A stretch of 64,000 nucleotides of DNA. Source: Okamejei kenojei. Taxonomy: Eukaryota. The notes beneath the pieces were generated by a model. The model was given only the letters and a program-made list of their open reading frames with translations, was not told the DNA's origin and did no database searches. Location of the stretch: assembly GCA_035221665.1 (NCBI GenBank), contig CM069137.1, forward strand, positions 81,158,001 through 81,222,000, written 5' to 3'. Each line of letters begins with the position of its first letter. Positions within the stretch are counted from its first letter, which is position 1. Positions 24,985 through 38,300 of the stretch are shown here, piece by piece. A program made the position numbers and the translations under genes.

Positions 24985-27282
24985 AGGGACACTTATTACT
25001 AGCAGTTTATGAGTTAACTATGACGGAACTACTCTTTACCTGATCGTGGTTGGTAAACCGTCCCTTATTATAATAAAACTACAAAGATTAATGACATTTT
25101 ATGCATGGTTATAACAATTGCATCTGGAGTAACATGCTAAATTGTGCTCTAGGGAATCAAACGGATGTGTATCAGTACTTTCTACCGTTCATGAGGCACA
25201 TTGATCCCGCCTGCCTGGTACTGCTTAGCTGGCACTGTGATCTCCCTTTCATTGTGGAATTATCAGTGATCGGTCTGCTGCTCAAGGCAGGCTCACTGCT
25301 TTACATGAGGTATCAAAAGGAAATACAAAGGGAAGAGCTGAAACAAAAGGTGGTAACTGGAGCACGAGAATTATGCAACAGTAACCAACAACTAACAAAG
25401 TCCTGCTTCGCTGAAGTAGATATTTCTTTTTTTTCCCCCTTTAGATCTTTTGCTATGCTTGTCATACCATTTGCTGTGCTAAGTACCTGCAGCTTCAGTT
25501 TATTCAGCAGGGGATTTTGTTTATGTGGAGGGAAAACATGAATAGGAGCTGTTTTGTAAAATGAAAGGAACAAAGGGGGGAGTCTGTCACCAGCTGTACA
25601 GTTATTCAGAGGAAGGCAGGCGGTTCAGAATTGAAACATCTTCTATGCACAGGTCAAAATCTTTCAAATATCATAAAAGTTCATTGAAATTCTCATCATT
25701 CACTAGGAAGAAAAGTTTGTTCTCTACACCATGCCTACATACACCCTGCAACTCTCCGATCTTGTGTTTGGCCACAAACACAATCTGTTTGCACATGAAA
25801 GGGAATCAATATTGTTACATTCTGTGCATTATAAAATGAAGCTGTTCAATAAATTCTGTTTAGTTTAGAGATACAGCGTGGAAACAGGCCCTTCGGCCCA
25901 TCGAGTCCGCACCAACCAACAATCACCCATTCGCTAGTTCTCTGTTATCCCACTTTGCCAGCCGTCACACTAGGGACAATTTACAGAGGCCAAATAATCT
26001 ACAAGCCTCCACGTCTTTGGAATGTGGGAGGAAACCGAAGCACCTGGAGGAAACCCTCGCCATCACAGGGAGAACGTGCAAACTCCGAACAGTCAACACG
26101 AAACAGTGGTGGAGGATATCATCAACATCAACAAGCCAGGCCGACCCAGCAACTCTGACCCAATGCCACCGCCTGGACAGCGGGCCTTGATGGCCAAGTT
26201 ACGACTCTACATTTTTAACAACTTTGGACTTGAATCATACAAAAGGGCGTGGCAACTCTTGTGAATCGCCTCAGTGAAAACTACTACTCCTACACTCTTG
26301 TACAGAAGTACGGTTGTGTTTATGTATAATACATTTTTTTACTGAACATTACTGATGCAAAAAGATAATTGCACTGTATCTAACTACATGTGACAATAAA
26401 ATACCGTTGAACCATTGATTGTTTATCAGCCAAAGTGCACAATGTAATTATTTCAGAGGTCTGGAGTGAGTATATTTGGTTCCCCTACACTGTGAGGAGA
26501 AAAAAAAAAAAAAAAACCGTGTCCTCTGTTGCTGGCCCTGACTTGTTCTGGCCTTTTCCTACCTCTAGTTCCCTCCACTCTACTCTCAGTCTGAAGAAGG
26601 GTTCCAACTCGAAACGTCAACTTCCTGAGATGGTGCCTGGCCCGCTGAGTTACTCCAGCACTGTGTGTCTATCCCCTACATTGTCAACTGAGTTTTCTGC
26701 ATTCTTCAGCTCACGAGTGTGATCTTAATTTCAAGGGAATCTGTCTGCTGTACACTTTTGTTGCAAGAAACCTTCCTATTAAGGCGCCACAGAGAGGATG
26801 ATTTGTCTTGTGCTGGTTTCAGTTCTGGACGCCCCCCTGTGCCTAACCCAGGCACTGAGGGAAAGCCACTGGAGTGTTTATTATCATGTATTATGATAGA
26901 TTTCCTCGTCTTGTGCACTGTACCCAAGGCTCAGTCTGTGTTAACGTTACCTGGCTAGACAGGATTTCCAATCTCCCCATGTAGAACACCATTTATTCAG
27001 AACAATAGCTAGCTTCAGTCAGAACAGCAGCTTAATGACGATGCACAAATGGTGTTTACAGAGAAGTTCAGGTATAAATAGTATTTTTAACCCTGCACCT
27101 ATTTTGCTTTTCCCGAAGACCAAAGACAAAGGGAATAAAAGTGCATTTTGCATGGCACGTTTAAAGGTTTTGTTTTGCAGACGTTTTTAAATTATGAAGG
27201 CTGTAAGCAATTGACGGAAAGCAATGTGTTAATAAGACTTAACTTCAGTTCCACCATATGGAGTCAGGACACTGCCCCAGCT

Positions 27283-29155
27283 AGTTTAGTTTAGTTTAGT
27301 TTAGTTTAGTTTAATTTAGTTTAGAGATACAACGTTGAAAAAGTTATTTCAGCCCACCGAGTCCATGCCAACCAGCGATCATCCATGCACTTGTTCTATC
27401 CTAGACACATGGTACAATGTAGAGAAGCCAACATACCTACCAACCTGCACATCTTTGCTACCTGAGTCCCGGTGCAGAGACCTGGCTGGCGAACTGGCAG
27501 GAGCTGGAGATGAAAGTCGTCACCCGGTGGGGCGCTGGGCGGTTCTCCTCAGAGTGCTTTCCTACCGGGACAGGGTGCTGGTCATTAACCAACTCGTGGC
27601 CTCCATGCTCTGGTACAGATTGACCGCATTGGTCCCATCAGCCACTTTGCTGGGATCATCCAGAAGACGTTGGTGGACTTCTTCTGGGACAACGGAAAGC
27701 ACTGGGTCTCTGCAACGGTCCTGAGTCTCCCGATCGAGGAGGGGGGGTTAGTCGCTGGTGTGCATAAGTTGGCGGCTCTCCGCCTCAGGACCCTGCAGAG
27801 AAACCTGTACTCAGGGCATCCTTGCAGGTGGCACGTACTTTTTCCAACGGGGCCGCTGCCTTCAAGGAGGTACGCGGATCCAGATGGTGGGCGTCAGCCG
27901 TGCGGTCCTGCTGGGGATGCCCGGCTTCTACAGGGACTTGTTGAGAGTCTGGAACCTGGTTGCCATCGACCAGGCCCCCCCTCCGCCGGTGGAGGGCGAC
28001 GGCCCGGGCGTGAGAGCAGCCGGTCCTTGTCCCGCCCCACCAGGTGTCGGGGGGGCTCAAATGTGTGGAGTACTTGGGGTTGAGCAAACCCCCGCTCAGC
28101 CAGAAGTATTCCTCGAACCCAGGCGCCGTAATCCATCCCGGGAGCCGGTCCCACACAATTTGAGCTGCCTTTCCTCGACACCCTTCATCTCCCTCTGAGA
28201 CGCAGGGAGGCGTGTCCAGTACAGGCTCCTCCTCCACACCCTGCACTTCCTCGCCCTGGTTCACTGTCCGGACACTAAGTGGCGGTCGGTGTTGCCTTCC
28301 TGTCACGAGGGGGAGGCCCCGGTGGGGGTCCCTCTACGCAGGGATTCTCCCCCTCTACATTGGGGACGTGGGGTGGAGGGTATTGCACCGAGGTGTTCCC
28401 TGCAACCTGTATCTCTCGCGGTTCACAGACTCGCCAGCCGCCTGCCACTTTTGCGGTCTGGAAGAGTCTGTGTACCACGTGTACATGGAGTGTGTGAAGC
28501 TGCAGCCACTGTTTGAATATCTAAAGGGGCTGCTCCTTGCCTTCTGGCTGCATTGTTCACCTACCATTCTCATCCTTGGACACTCTGTGCGTAGGGGAGA
28601 GGGTAGGGCTGAAGATGACCTGGTTGGGTTGCTCCTGGGCCTGGTCAAGCTGGCCACCCACGAGTCAAGGCGCCAGGCGGTGGAGGGGTCTACCCGAGCC
28701 GGTTGCTTGCCCCTTTTCCGGGGTTACGTCCATGCCCGGGTGGGGTTAGAAAGGGAATACGCCCCTTCCACGGGCACCCTGGGGGAGTTCCGGGACCACT
28801 GGGCTCCGCAGGGTGTTGTATGCGTCCTCAATAAGGATTGTAACGTAGTTGTATAGTAGTTTATTATGGATATATGTTTGTATTGTATTATGGTGGTGGG
28901 TTCTGGCTTGTTGTTTTATAGTGTAAATATTATTTTTCAATAATTGAATACATTTTTTGATTAAAAAAATAAATTTAAAAATACCCCAAAAAAACCTGCA
29001 CAGCTTTGGAGTGTGAGAGGAAACCGGAGCCCCCGGAAAAAACTCACGCTGTCACAGGGAGAGTGTACAAACTCCAAGCACCCGCAGTCGGATCAAGCTC
29101 TGGTCTCTGGTGTTGTAGGGCAGCAACTCTACTGTTGCGCCACCGTGCCGCCCAG
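27283..29155 (-). mobile_element. HE1/V-SINE split by a Tx1 insertion
   Basis: (TTTAG)n tail and 3' half at 27283-27457; 5' half resumes at ~28993-29155. Confidence 0.75.
27458..28992 (+). mobile_element. Tx1-clade L1 LINE, 5'-truncated ORF2
   Basis: LSYRDRVLVINQLVASMLWY, DFFW..KHWVS..LSLPIEEGG, zf-RVT WRVLHRGVPCN..CHFCGLEESVYHVYMEC; A-rich tail; 16-bp TSD aacctgcacatctttg / aacctgcacagctttg. Confidence 0.9.
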
Positions 29156-29667
29156 CATACGACCGCTATGTCAGAAACACTGGCCTAATCAAGTTTGAAT
29201 CGTCCACGATTGCAACAGCCTGGACCCACGCAGATAGCAAAAAATGAAAGAATTTTAAGATTTGACAAGATATATTTTAAAAAGGCGTGTGCGGCTTTTA
29301 TATATATATCATGGTTGACTGCAGTCCTAATACTTTATATAACACGAAAAGACAGTAAAACATATCAATAGCATGATTCAGAGCTGGTTTGATCTTTTAT
29401 TTAATCTCCATTTGCTGTCGAGGTAGCTCAGAAGCAAGAGCCCAATTGTCCTCGACCTCCTTGGAACAGAGACAAGAAAGATTAAGTTAATGCCCCATGC
29501 AGTAAGACTACTTATCTGCAGGTTTACCAATTAACGCTCCCACCCAGTTTACTGTTCATCAGTCGCCATTTGCAAGGTTCGATATCAAAATCCTGATTTG
29601 TGACTCTTCCTACTGCATACACCTAACTCGAGATTTAATCATAGTCGTTGTTCCCGAGATGTTTGTT

Positions 29668-30645
29668 TAATGTCATATGAGGAAAGATTGGAAAGACTGG
29701 GCTTGTATTCACTGGAATTTAGGATGAGAGGGGATCTTATAGAATCGTATAAAATTATAAAAGGACTGGACAAGCTAGATGCAGGAAAAGTGTTCCCAAT
29801 GTTAGGGAGCCCAGAACCAGAGGCCACAGTCTACAAATTTAAAACTGAGATGAGAAAAAACTTTTTCACCCAGAGAGTTGTGAATTTGTGGAATTCTCTG
29901 CAAAGAAGGCAGCAGAGGCCAATTCACTGAATTAATTTAAAAGAGAGTTAAGGGCCTGTCCCACCAGCATGCGATTGTTTGCGTCTAGCGCGACCAAACG
30001 TGGTCGCTTTTGGCGTACGGCCTCGCGGGGCCGGTCCCAATTTGAACCGCGGAGGCGTATGGAGTTGTGCGGGGCTTCTCCTGACATCATACTCACCAAT
30101 CATCTGGGCAGGAGGCGGGCCGACTGAATTTGGACGTTACACGGCGTCAGGTGATGACCTCATCACGCAACGGCACGCCGGGCGGTGACGTCATCGCGCA
30201 AAGCCACGTGCTAGGCGTACACCATCAAGATGCTGCGTACGACGTCAAGACGCTGCGTATGCCCGTCGAGACGCTGCGTATGCCCTCAATGCGCCTGTGG
30301 GATTTTTGGACAGTGCAAGATTTTTGGAGCCCCGTTCGATGGCGGGACCAGCCCCGCACAACTCCGTATGCCTTTGCCGATTGAAGTGGGGCCAGCCCCG
30401 CGAGGCCGTACGCCTCAAGCGACCACGTTTGGTCGTGCTAGACGTGTGCTAGATCGCATGCTGGTGGGACAGGCCCTTTAGTTAGAGCTCTAGGGGGCTA
30501 GTGGAATCAAGAGATATGGGGAGAAAACAGGCACAGGTTACTTATTGTGAATGATCAGTCATGATCACAATGAATGGCGGTGCAGGCTCGAAGGGCCAAA
30601 TGGCCTCCTCCTGCACCTGTTTTCTACGTTCTATGTTTTCTATGT
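29668..30645 (+). mobile_element. CR1 LINE 3' end interrupted by a MITE
   Basis: SYEERLERLGLYSLEFR..; tail (TTCTATGT)n. Confidence 0.85.
29951..30477. mobile_element. PIF/Harbinger-type MITE (CpG-rich subfamily)
   Basis: 25-bp TIRs AGGGCCTGTCCCACCAGCATGCGAT; TTA TSD; extended subterminal inverted similarity. Confidence 0.9.
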
Positions 30646-32956
30646 CAGATTGTTAACTAATTATGGTTCATTACTCATCATTAATGAGCAGATGAGGGTT
30701 TTGGTGGCAGATGGACTGAGGTTGGGAAGCAAGCGGGAGATCATTTAATGAAAAGACACAGTATGATCTTTAATTAAATAAGACAACAATTCAAACTTTA
30801 TTACACGGTTATTCTTGTGATTTAGAGCAGTACAATAAACCATGGCATTTCTACAGCTTTATAAATACGTTGGCAAATAAATTTCAACTAAACATCTGCA
30901 ATTGCTTATTTGCAATAGTAAACAAGTTTGTGCTTTATTTAGAACCAATTCAATTTGTTCCCTGGATTTAACAGCAAAAACAAGTGAAACCATGGTGGTG
31001 AATGCTCTGGGTATAACTACCTAGGGAATTAGACGATGAGGAAATGGGTGGCCATCTTCTTGTCCATTGTCCCATCTCTTGGGGTGTCAGTTTGCGACAG
31101 ACACATAATTCCAAGAAGGCGGCAGTGGAAGGTGACGGGGAAAGTTAATGGCTGTGAACAGTTTGCAAACTCACCCCCCACGCCCTTGGAAGGCTCCCTA
31201 AAGCTGCACGATCAACTCAGCGCTCAGAAGTGGAGGGTTGGCTGCTGGAAGCAACGGAAGGCACATTTGTAGTGGAGGAGGGAGCTGACGGCATAGTGCT
31301 GGGCCAGGCCAAACCATATTTCACCGATCCAGTGCTGCCACGGTACCGGGCCTTAAAGTGAGAAAATAACAAAACTGCATAGCTCTTTGGGCCATGATCG
31401 GACTTTTTAGATACTTGGAAGTTGCAAGATGACGCCTGAATATGGAAACTCTCTGCTTGCTATTCCCGAAGAGGGTCTATCGTACTCTTGTATCTACTGT
31501 ACTCATGTATAGTATAACTTGAACAGATAGCATGCAGTACAAACATTTCACTGTATCTCTGAACACGTGACAATAAATAAATTAAACTAAACTACATTCC
31601 AATGATGTAGAAGAGAGATTTCATTCTTCTATTCTTGATGATTTGTAAATTCATTGCTCATTTGTAGGTAGCCAAATACATGCTCTGTTGGTTTGAAGAA
31701 GGGTCCTCACCCGAAACGTCACTTATCCATGTTCCCCAGAGACGCTGTCTGACCCACTGAGTTACTCTAGCATGTTGTAACCTTATGTGTAAACCAGCAT
31801 CTGCAGTTCCTTATTTCCAGCCATAAAACCTAAATATAATGGAAGGTTTTTGTTTATACCACAGTCTGTATCTATTTCTCCCCACTTGTGGCATCTTTCA
31901 GTTCTCAGGCTCTTCCACATTCTGCCCACACTAGTCATAGAGATATACTGGCCCTTCGGCCAACTCATCCATGCCCACCAAGGTGTCTTCCTGAGCTCTT
32001 CCTACTTGCATGCATTCGGCTCATATCCCTCGGAAGCTTTCCTACCCATGAATGTGTCCAGAAGTCTTTTACACTTTACACTTCCTCTGGCAGCTCGTTT
32101 CATACACCTGCCACCTTCTGTGTAGAAAAATCCTGCCCCTCTGTTCCATTTAAATCTTTCCCCTCTCACCTCAAAGACCATTGCCCTCTCGTGTTAGCCC
32201 AACTACTCCCCCCCCCCCCCCCACCCTGGGAAAAAGTGTGTGACCTTTTAGCTTATCAACATTGTTACATTGTTATGTGTATTTACGATTTGGATGAAAA
32301 TGTGACAAGCAGGTAATGACCCAGCACCAATCCATGTGGCACATCACTGGACACCCTCTAGTATCACCTTCCATCAACCCAATTATGTATTCAATTGCTT
32401 GGATCCCATGTGATCTCTCCTTCTATATCAGCCTAGCATGCAAACCCTTGTCAAAAACCTTGGTAAACTCCATGTAGACTTCTACTGACATGTACTGCCC
32501 TGTCCACCTCAATCCTCTGCTTCAAGAAACAGAATTGAATTTCCCAATCACAAAGCCATGCTGACGACTCTAATTAGTCCTTGTATTTCCAAGTGAAGAT
32601 AGATGCTGTCTCTCAGAATCCCCTACAATAACTTTCCCACTTCTGATGTTAGCTTCACCAGCCTGTAGCTCCCTGGGTTATTTTTGCAGATCCACTTAAA
32701 TAAGTCTAAATAAAAAATGTCTGAGAATATACTTGGTCATGCCCTTGGGATTTATCCACCGTTATGCGCCTCAAGGCTGCCAAAACTTCCTATTTTGTAC
32801 TGTCAATACTTTTCAGGACTTTACAGTTCTCTTCCCTGAACTCACTAACTTCTATAACCTTTCCCACAGTAAATACAAATGAGGTTTTTATTTAAGATCT
32901 CTCCCTTATCTCATACCTCCACATAATAGTCAATCACACTAGTGCTTAATGAACAA

Positions 32957-33532
32957 ATATACCAAGCTGTGAGAAAGTATAGTGGGAATTATCTATCTGA
33001 GGAGGGACTGGCATAGTACTAAAAATAGTAACTATTGACAGTCCCTCCGAAGATAGATAATTCCCACTATACTTTTGAACTAAAAGCTTGGTATATTTTT
33101 TTTATATCCCTTCATAACATCTAATAAAAATAAAATCTAATAAAAATAAAAAGTACAGACAATAAATCGTGATTGTTTGTAGATTTATCAAGAAGAATTC
33201 TGCCTCTGAATCTGAACTATGCAGGATAAGATCAGTTTTTCTCATATCTCGCAAGTTTTCCATGCCACGATTTGCGTCTGGTCTCGCTGTACTGCTGCAG
33301 CATTGCCGTCTGCGCGTTCATGGTTCGAATTGAAGAAAATTTCGTGACCGATGTTTTGAGCATGCGCAGTTTTACCAAGGAAGAAAATAGTAAAAAGAGC
33401 ATGCGCAGTGCTGCCCAGGAGAAAATAGCAAAAACTAATCGGGGGTAGTGCGATTTATTTTTGGTCCGTCGAATAGCGATTGACCAATCATGTTTCTAGA
33501 ATGCTCATGAATATTCATAGATGGGATATAAA
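32957..33532. mobile_element. Unclassified element with a ~140-bp hairpin and a second inverted-repeat pair (possibly Crypton-like, non-autonomous)
   Basis: Arms aatataccaagc..aaagtatagtgggaattatctatct..ggagggactg and their reverse complement at 32957-33097; tttatatccc (33101-33110) / gggatataaa (33523-33532). Confidence 0.45.
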
Positions 33533-33759
33533 GGGATCTATTATCTTCTTTGGTATAAACCAGCATCTGCAGTTCCTTCTTACACACTATATAATTTATT
33601 ATTGGGATAGTTATTATTATGACTACTAATTATATTGTTATTATTGTGTAAGAATTTTGGTCAGTTATGCACAACATTCATTTTAGTTCCTAATTGCAAT
33701 TGTTGTATTGGGGACATATTTCGTGTTGCACGGAAAGGTGAAGAAATTGGTGCGAGTCT

Positions 33760-34365
33760 AGGTGGGGGATTGGGGTGGGGGGAGGAAAACAAGGGGTATT
33801 GGGGAGAAAGGGGAGGGGAAGGGGATTGTTAGAGTTAACCTTAAATTGGATAATTCAATGTTCATACGGTTGGGTTGAAATCTACCCAAGCGGAATATGA
33901 GGTGCTGTTCCTTCAGTTTGTCTGTGGCCTCACTCTGGCAATGGAGGAGGCTCTGGACAGAAAGATCAGTGTGGAAATGGGAAGGGGATTTAAAATGGTT
34001 AGCAACTGGGAGATCCGGTAGGCCATTGCAGACAGAGTGCACTAGTTTGGTGAAACGGTCACCGAGTCTACGCTTGGTGCAACAGAGGCCACATTAGAAA
34101 CACTGGATGCTGTAGAAGAACTTAGAGAAGGTGAACCTCTGACTCACCAGGAAGGACTGCTGGGGTCCCTGGATGGAGGCGAGGGAGGAGGTATAAGATC
34201 AGGTGTTACACCTCCTGTGGTTGCAGGGGGCGGTAACTGGGGAGGGGATGGTTTGGGTTGGAAGGGACGAGTGAACCAAGAGTTATGGAAGGAATGGTCT
34301 CTGCGGAAAGCAGAAAGAGGTGGAGATGGGTATATGTGACTGATGGTGTGATCACGTTAGAGTTG
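33760..34365 (-). mobile_element. Penelope-like element fragment (GIY-YIG endonuclease region)
   Basis: DLPVANHFKSPSHFHTDLSVQSLLHCQSEATDKLKEQHLIFRLGRFQPNRMNIELSN. Confidence 0.85.
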
Positions 34366-34829
34366 ATGGAATGGAGTAGCCTTGTTTTTATTAGTAAAAA
34401 GGGAGAGCAGAGGACCATTTCTCAGTCAGTCTAATGCCATCGTAGATTAAAGCCTGTTGGAAAACTTAAAATGTCTGACATAATATAGCCCAGAGAATAC
34501 TTACCTTTTAGTGTAAAATAGCATTGCTTGACAATATTTTAGGAAACACAATGAACTGTAGATGCTGAAATCTTGAATAAAATAATGAAGTGCTGGAGGA
34601 ACTCAGCAGGTCAGGCAGCATCCTTGAAGGGAATAAACGGGCGTTTATTTTCAGGAGCCTTCTTCTGGTTCCGACCCAAAACGACATTTCTCCATTCCCT
34701 TCCACAAATGTTGTCTAACCTGTCGAGTTCCTCCAGCACTTTGTGTTTTGTACTTTATTTCATGATACTTCCAAGTCAAGTCATAAGATACTTCAAGTTG
34801 TGAAACTGTCGCAAGCAAAGGGTGTGACA

Positions 34830-34990
34830 GTTTCAAATCATAAAATTGTGGCCATCATACAATTGCTCAAAATGTCCGTCAAGGAAATCTTCAAATCATA
34901 AAATGTGGTCATTATACATTTGCTGAAAAGGTCCAAGTCAAGAAAATCTTCATTCATAAAACTGTGACCATTATACAATTACTCAATGTG
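34830..34990. repeat. Degenerate ~60-bp minisatellite, about 3 units
   Basis: tcataaaattgtggccatcatacaattgctc / tcataaaatgtggtcattatacatttgctg / tcataaaactgtgaccattatacaattactc. Confidence 0.75.
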
Positions 34991-35165
34991 TTGAAGCTTC
35001 TGTGATTTTGCCCAAGGCAGCAATTACACTTTTTCATGTTTGTTCAGCAACTGACCAGGTGTTGATCTCACATATCAGTTTTAGGAGAAAGGATCAGAAA
35101 GAGATGAGAGGCAAGCGGCGGAACAAACATTAGATGGAGAAAACTAAGAGACAAATGGAAATGAT

Positions 35166-35381
35166 GTGTAAGAAGGAACTGCAAAGGCTGGTTTACACCG
35201 AAGGCAGACACAAAATGCTGGAGTAACTCAGCAGAACAGGCAGCATCTGTGGAGATAAGGAATAGGTGACGTTTCAAGTCTCGACCAGAGATTCTTCAGA
35301 GATGCTGCCTGATCTGCTGGGTTACTCCAGCATTTTGTGTCTATCTTTGGTGTAAACCAGCATCTGCGGTTCCTTCCTACA
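35166..35381. repeat. Inverted dimer of the Penelope terminal repeat
   Basis: tgtaagaaggaactgc..acacaaaatgctggagtaactcagc and its reverse complement gctgggttactccagcattttgtgt..gcggttccttcctaca. Confidence 0.75.
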
Positions 35382-38300
35382 CCTCCAATTTGTGTGTGAC
35401 CTCACCCTAATAAAGGAGGTGGCACAAAATAGAAAGACCAGCATGGCAAGGGGAGTTAAAATGGTTAGCAAATTGAGGGAGACCACTTGGTTCAATTTAT
35501 GGATAAACTTGTTTTTTTCCCAATTGTATGTACATAAAAACATTAGTGAGTTGCTACTTCAAATTTACTCAATGGTCTTGAAAGGAAACAGTCACTTTGT
35601 ATTTAGATTAAATTAGGCTGCATACCCAAGCCAGTTCAGCAGTCAATGATCAGGAGGTTTGGGTGTACTAATGACCTATCTTAGTGATATCTAACCTTTT
35701 GGATCTGCAGTAAGTGGAGCAAAATATTTTCTTAAAACTGCTGATGGATCGTGCTGTTTTGGGAAATTGATATCTTAAATGAAAGAAGACAAACATACAA
35801 ACAGCATCTGTAAATTGTGCTACACAACATATCACTGAGACTGCCAGAACATCAAAGAATCATATTGTGCACACTTGAAAAGAGGAGACCTCCATGCAGA
35901 TGAATTTCTGCACAAAAGAGTGAGATTCTTATAAATGTTCCAATTCAGCAAACAGAAATATGCAAATTCTTTTTGATCTAATCTAACATTGAAGGATTTG
36001 ATTTTTTTTTAATCAAACAGTTAAATTATTGCAAGCAACCCAGTCAATCTTTCTTCTTACATTAAGTATAGAGTTTGCACCACTTCCTCAAGGTACTAGC
36101 CATGTTTTTGTAAATCTTTGTAAATTTTACAAAACTGGTTTGTAAATGAAGGTGAAAAGGTGCAGAGTGGATTTATGAGGATGTTGCTAGGACTCTTGGG
36201 CCTGAGCTATAGGGGAGAGGGGTATACAGGCAAGAACTTTATTTTTTAGAACGCAGGAGGAAGAGAGGTGTTTAAAATCATGAGGTGAAGTAGATAGCAT
36301 GAGTGCACAGAGTCTTTTTTTCCCAGAATGTGGGAATCAAGAAACGGTTTAAGGTGAGAAGAAATAATTAAGAGATGAATATACAGCAGCCCTGCAGCTC
36401 ATTGAGTTCACGCCGACCATTGATCACCCATTCACATTAGTTCTATATAATCCCACTTTCTCATCCACTCCCTACATGCTGGGACGATTTACAGAGGGCA
36501 ATTAACATACAAACCTGCATGTCTTTGGAATGTGAGTGGAAAACCACACGGTCTCAGGGAGAACGTGCAAACTCCACACAGAGAGCACCCGAGGTCGGGA
36601 TTGAACCAGGGTCTCTCACACCGTGAGGCAGCAGTTCTACAAGCTGCACCACTGTGCTGTCCCCAGTTTAATAAGATTTAATAAAAATGGAACAGCAACT
36701 TGAAGGGCCAATTTTACACAGAGGGTGGTAGGTATATAGAATGAGCACACAGAGGAAGTAGTTGAGGCAGGTAAAGTAACAACATTTAAAAGACATTTGG
36801 ACAGATGCATAGACAGGATAGGTTTAGAATGAAATGGACCAAACATTGGTAAACTGAACCAGCTTAGATGGGAAATTTTGGTTGGCGTGTGTCATGGGGC
36901 CTGTTTTCATAAAGAAGGACTATGACTATTTAATACGAGAACATACAACGGCCAGGTGAATGAGGTTCTTATGTATAGAAAGCAACTGCAGATGCTGGTT
37001 TAAATCAAAGATAGACACAAATTGCCAGAGTAATTCAGTGGGCCAGGCAGCATCTCTGGAAAGAAGGAATGTGACGTTTCAGGTCGAGACCCTTCTTCCG
37101 ATTGATGTCAGGCGAGAGGGAGGTACATAAATAAGGAAGTGTATAGATAAAGAAGTGTAAAGTGCGAAAATGGGACAAATGGAATGCAGATCAAGGAAAA
37201 TGTAGAATAGATTGTTGTTTGTAGGGAGAAGCTAACAACTAAGTTAACAGAGATAAAATGTAGTCGGAGACTAAAAATGGTCGGAGAACTGGGAAGGGGG
37301 AGGAATGGAGAGAGCGGGAAAGCAAAGTGTTACTTGAAGTTAGAGAAGTGAATATTCATACCGCTGGGGTGTAAGCTACCCAAGCAAATGATAAGATGCT
37401 GTTCCCCCAGTTTGTGTTGGGCCTCGCTCTGACAATGGAGGAGGCCCAGAACAGAAAGGTCTGTGAGGGAATGGGAGAAAGAGAAGTTGTTATTGCAGGT
37501 TTTCCAAACAGCCCATCTGTTTACCAGTCTAAGGTATCAAAGTCAAACTATCTATTTTCAGAAACATTGAAAGCTCCCAAAGGACTACTTTCCATCTGGT
37601 TATGATACACCACACTTTTAACGTAATGATAATGTGCATATCTTCTTCTACTGTTTACATTTACCCCAATTGGAAACACACTGTTTCAAAATAGCTCTGA
37701 CTTTCTAATTTATAATCCTAATTTCAAGATGCCATTAAGATTACCATGGATAGTAAACAATGTCCCTATTGTGTTTTATTTTTGGAAAAGCCTTTGGAAA
37801 TTTCAACATACAAATTTCATTAAACTGTTGTACAGAAAATAGAAGTAGATGTGTAGTGGTCTCACCGTAACCATGGATAACAACACTTCATGAAGATCAA
37901 CACTTCATGTGGACACCTCTCATCAAAACAAAGTGAAGCACTCCCAAACGAGAGTCTTTATTGTTACATATAAAACAATTATTTTCAATTCTTTCAAAAG
38001 GATTTTTACCATAAATTCCATGATGAAATTGCACTTGTCTCATTTGTTCATAGTAACAAGCCCCCTGTCTTGCTGTGTAACTCCACACGTGATCCTATCT
38101 TCCCTTATTATTAACACAAAGCAATAAATATTGATGTGATTAGCCTGGAAGATGGTAGCTTCATAATACATAACATTGAAGTGTATTGCAGATGAATTTT
38201 GTTCACTTCATTCTTTTGAATGTATTATATTTGTACTTTATCCGTAAAGTGCAATCACAAGTAATCGGGAAAACTATTACGCTATGACTCTTTTGGATGA

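Noticed and set aside
34830-34990. CRISPR-like array
   Set aside because: Eukaryotic context, and the units are degenerate tandem repeats without unique spacers.
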